This document shows, piece by piece, positions 63,590 through 64,000 of a DNA stretch of 64,000 bases (position 1 is its first letter; every line of letters starts with the position of its first letter). Made by a program: the position numbers and the translations under genes. The DNA comes from Octopus vulgaris. Taxonomy: Eukaryota. The DNA is taken from contig OX597823.1 in NCBI GenBank assembly GCA_951406725.2, forward strand, positions 87,544,001-87,608,000, in the 5' to 3' direction. The notes under the pieces are model-generated. The model was not told the DNA's origin and did no database searches. It saw nothing but the letters and a program-made list of their open reading frames with translations.

Positions 63590-64000
63590 GAGAAAAATAA
63601 TTAAGTTGATACAAACCACTTGGGAAGCCTTAAGGTTGATTGTGCTTTAAACGAAGGTTCTACATTAGCCATACACTGGATCACGATGACTCTGGCTAAG
63701 GTTTGTATGAAGAGAGCATGTGCATTGAGTGGAGTTATCTCTTTCCATTATAATTGAGTTTGTAGGAAGTCCAGCTAATTGAACGCCAGAATATTCATCA
63801 GCGAAACCATAAAAAGATCTGCTTGTTTGATTTAAGGACGTTGTGTACTATTGTATTTTGTATCAACGGATTAATTAAAATCGCACAAAGAGATATTTCG
63901 TCTTCTTGTCATAAAGAACATCTCTCTGTCATACACACACACTCTCACTCCCTCTCTCCGTCCTTTCTCTCTCTCTTCCTCTATCTCTCTTTCTTTCCCT

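Overview
AT-rich eukaryotic intronic/intergenic DNA saturated with microsatellites and interspersed repeats. The repeat families look like those of an Octopus-type (coleoid cephalopod) genome; this is inferred from recall and not verified by search. No intact host gene is visible, and almost all ORF-track entries are microsatellite or SINE artefacts. Contents: four tRNA-headed SINE families (one modular, mono/di/trimeric); three 5'-truncated R4/Dong-type RLE LINEs in or next to (TAA)n tracts; CR1, RTE, Tx1/L1-like, Gypsy-like and Penelope (GIY-YIG) remnants; a broken rosa-type DD41D transposase; Tigger-, mariner- and hAT-like MITEs; a non-autonomous Helitron; and one candidate exon pair on the minus strand (~15.5-16.0 kb). 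The most notable signal is about ten sequence-diverse type I hammerhead-ribozyme motifs. Several cluster at 2.0-4.1 kb inside a 750-bp foldback and an inverted-repeat-bounded cassette embedded in (TA)n. All pairings were read by eye, and boundaries of degraded repeats are approximate.
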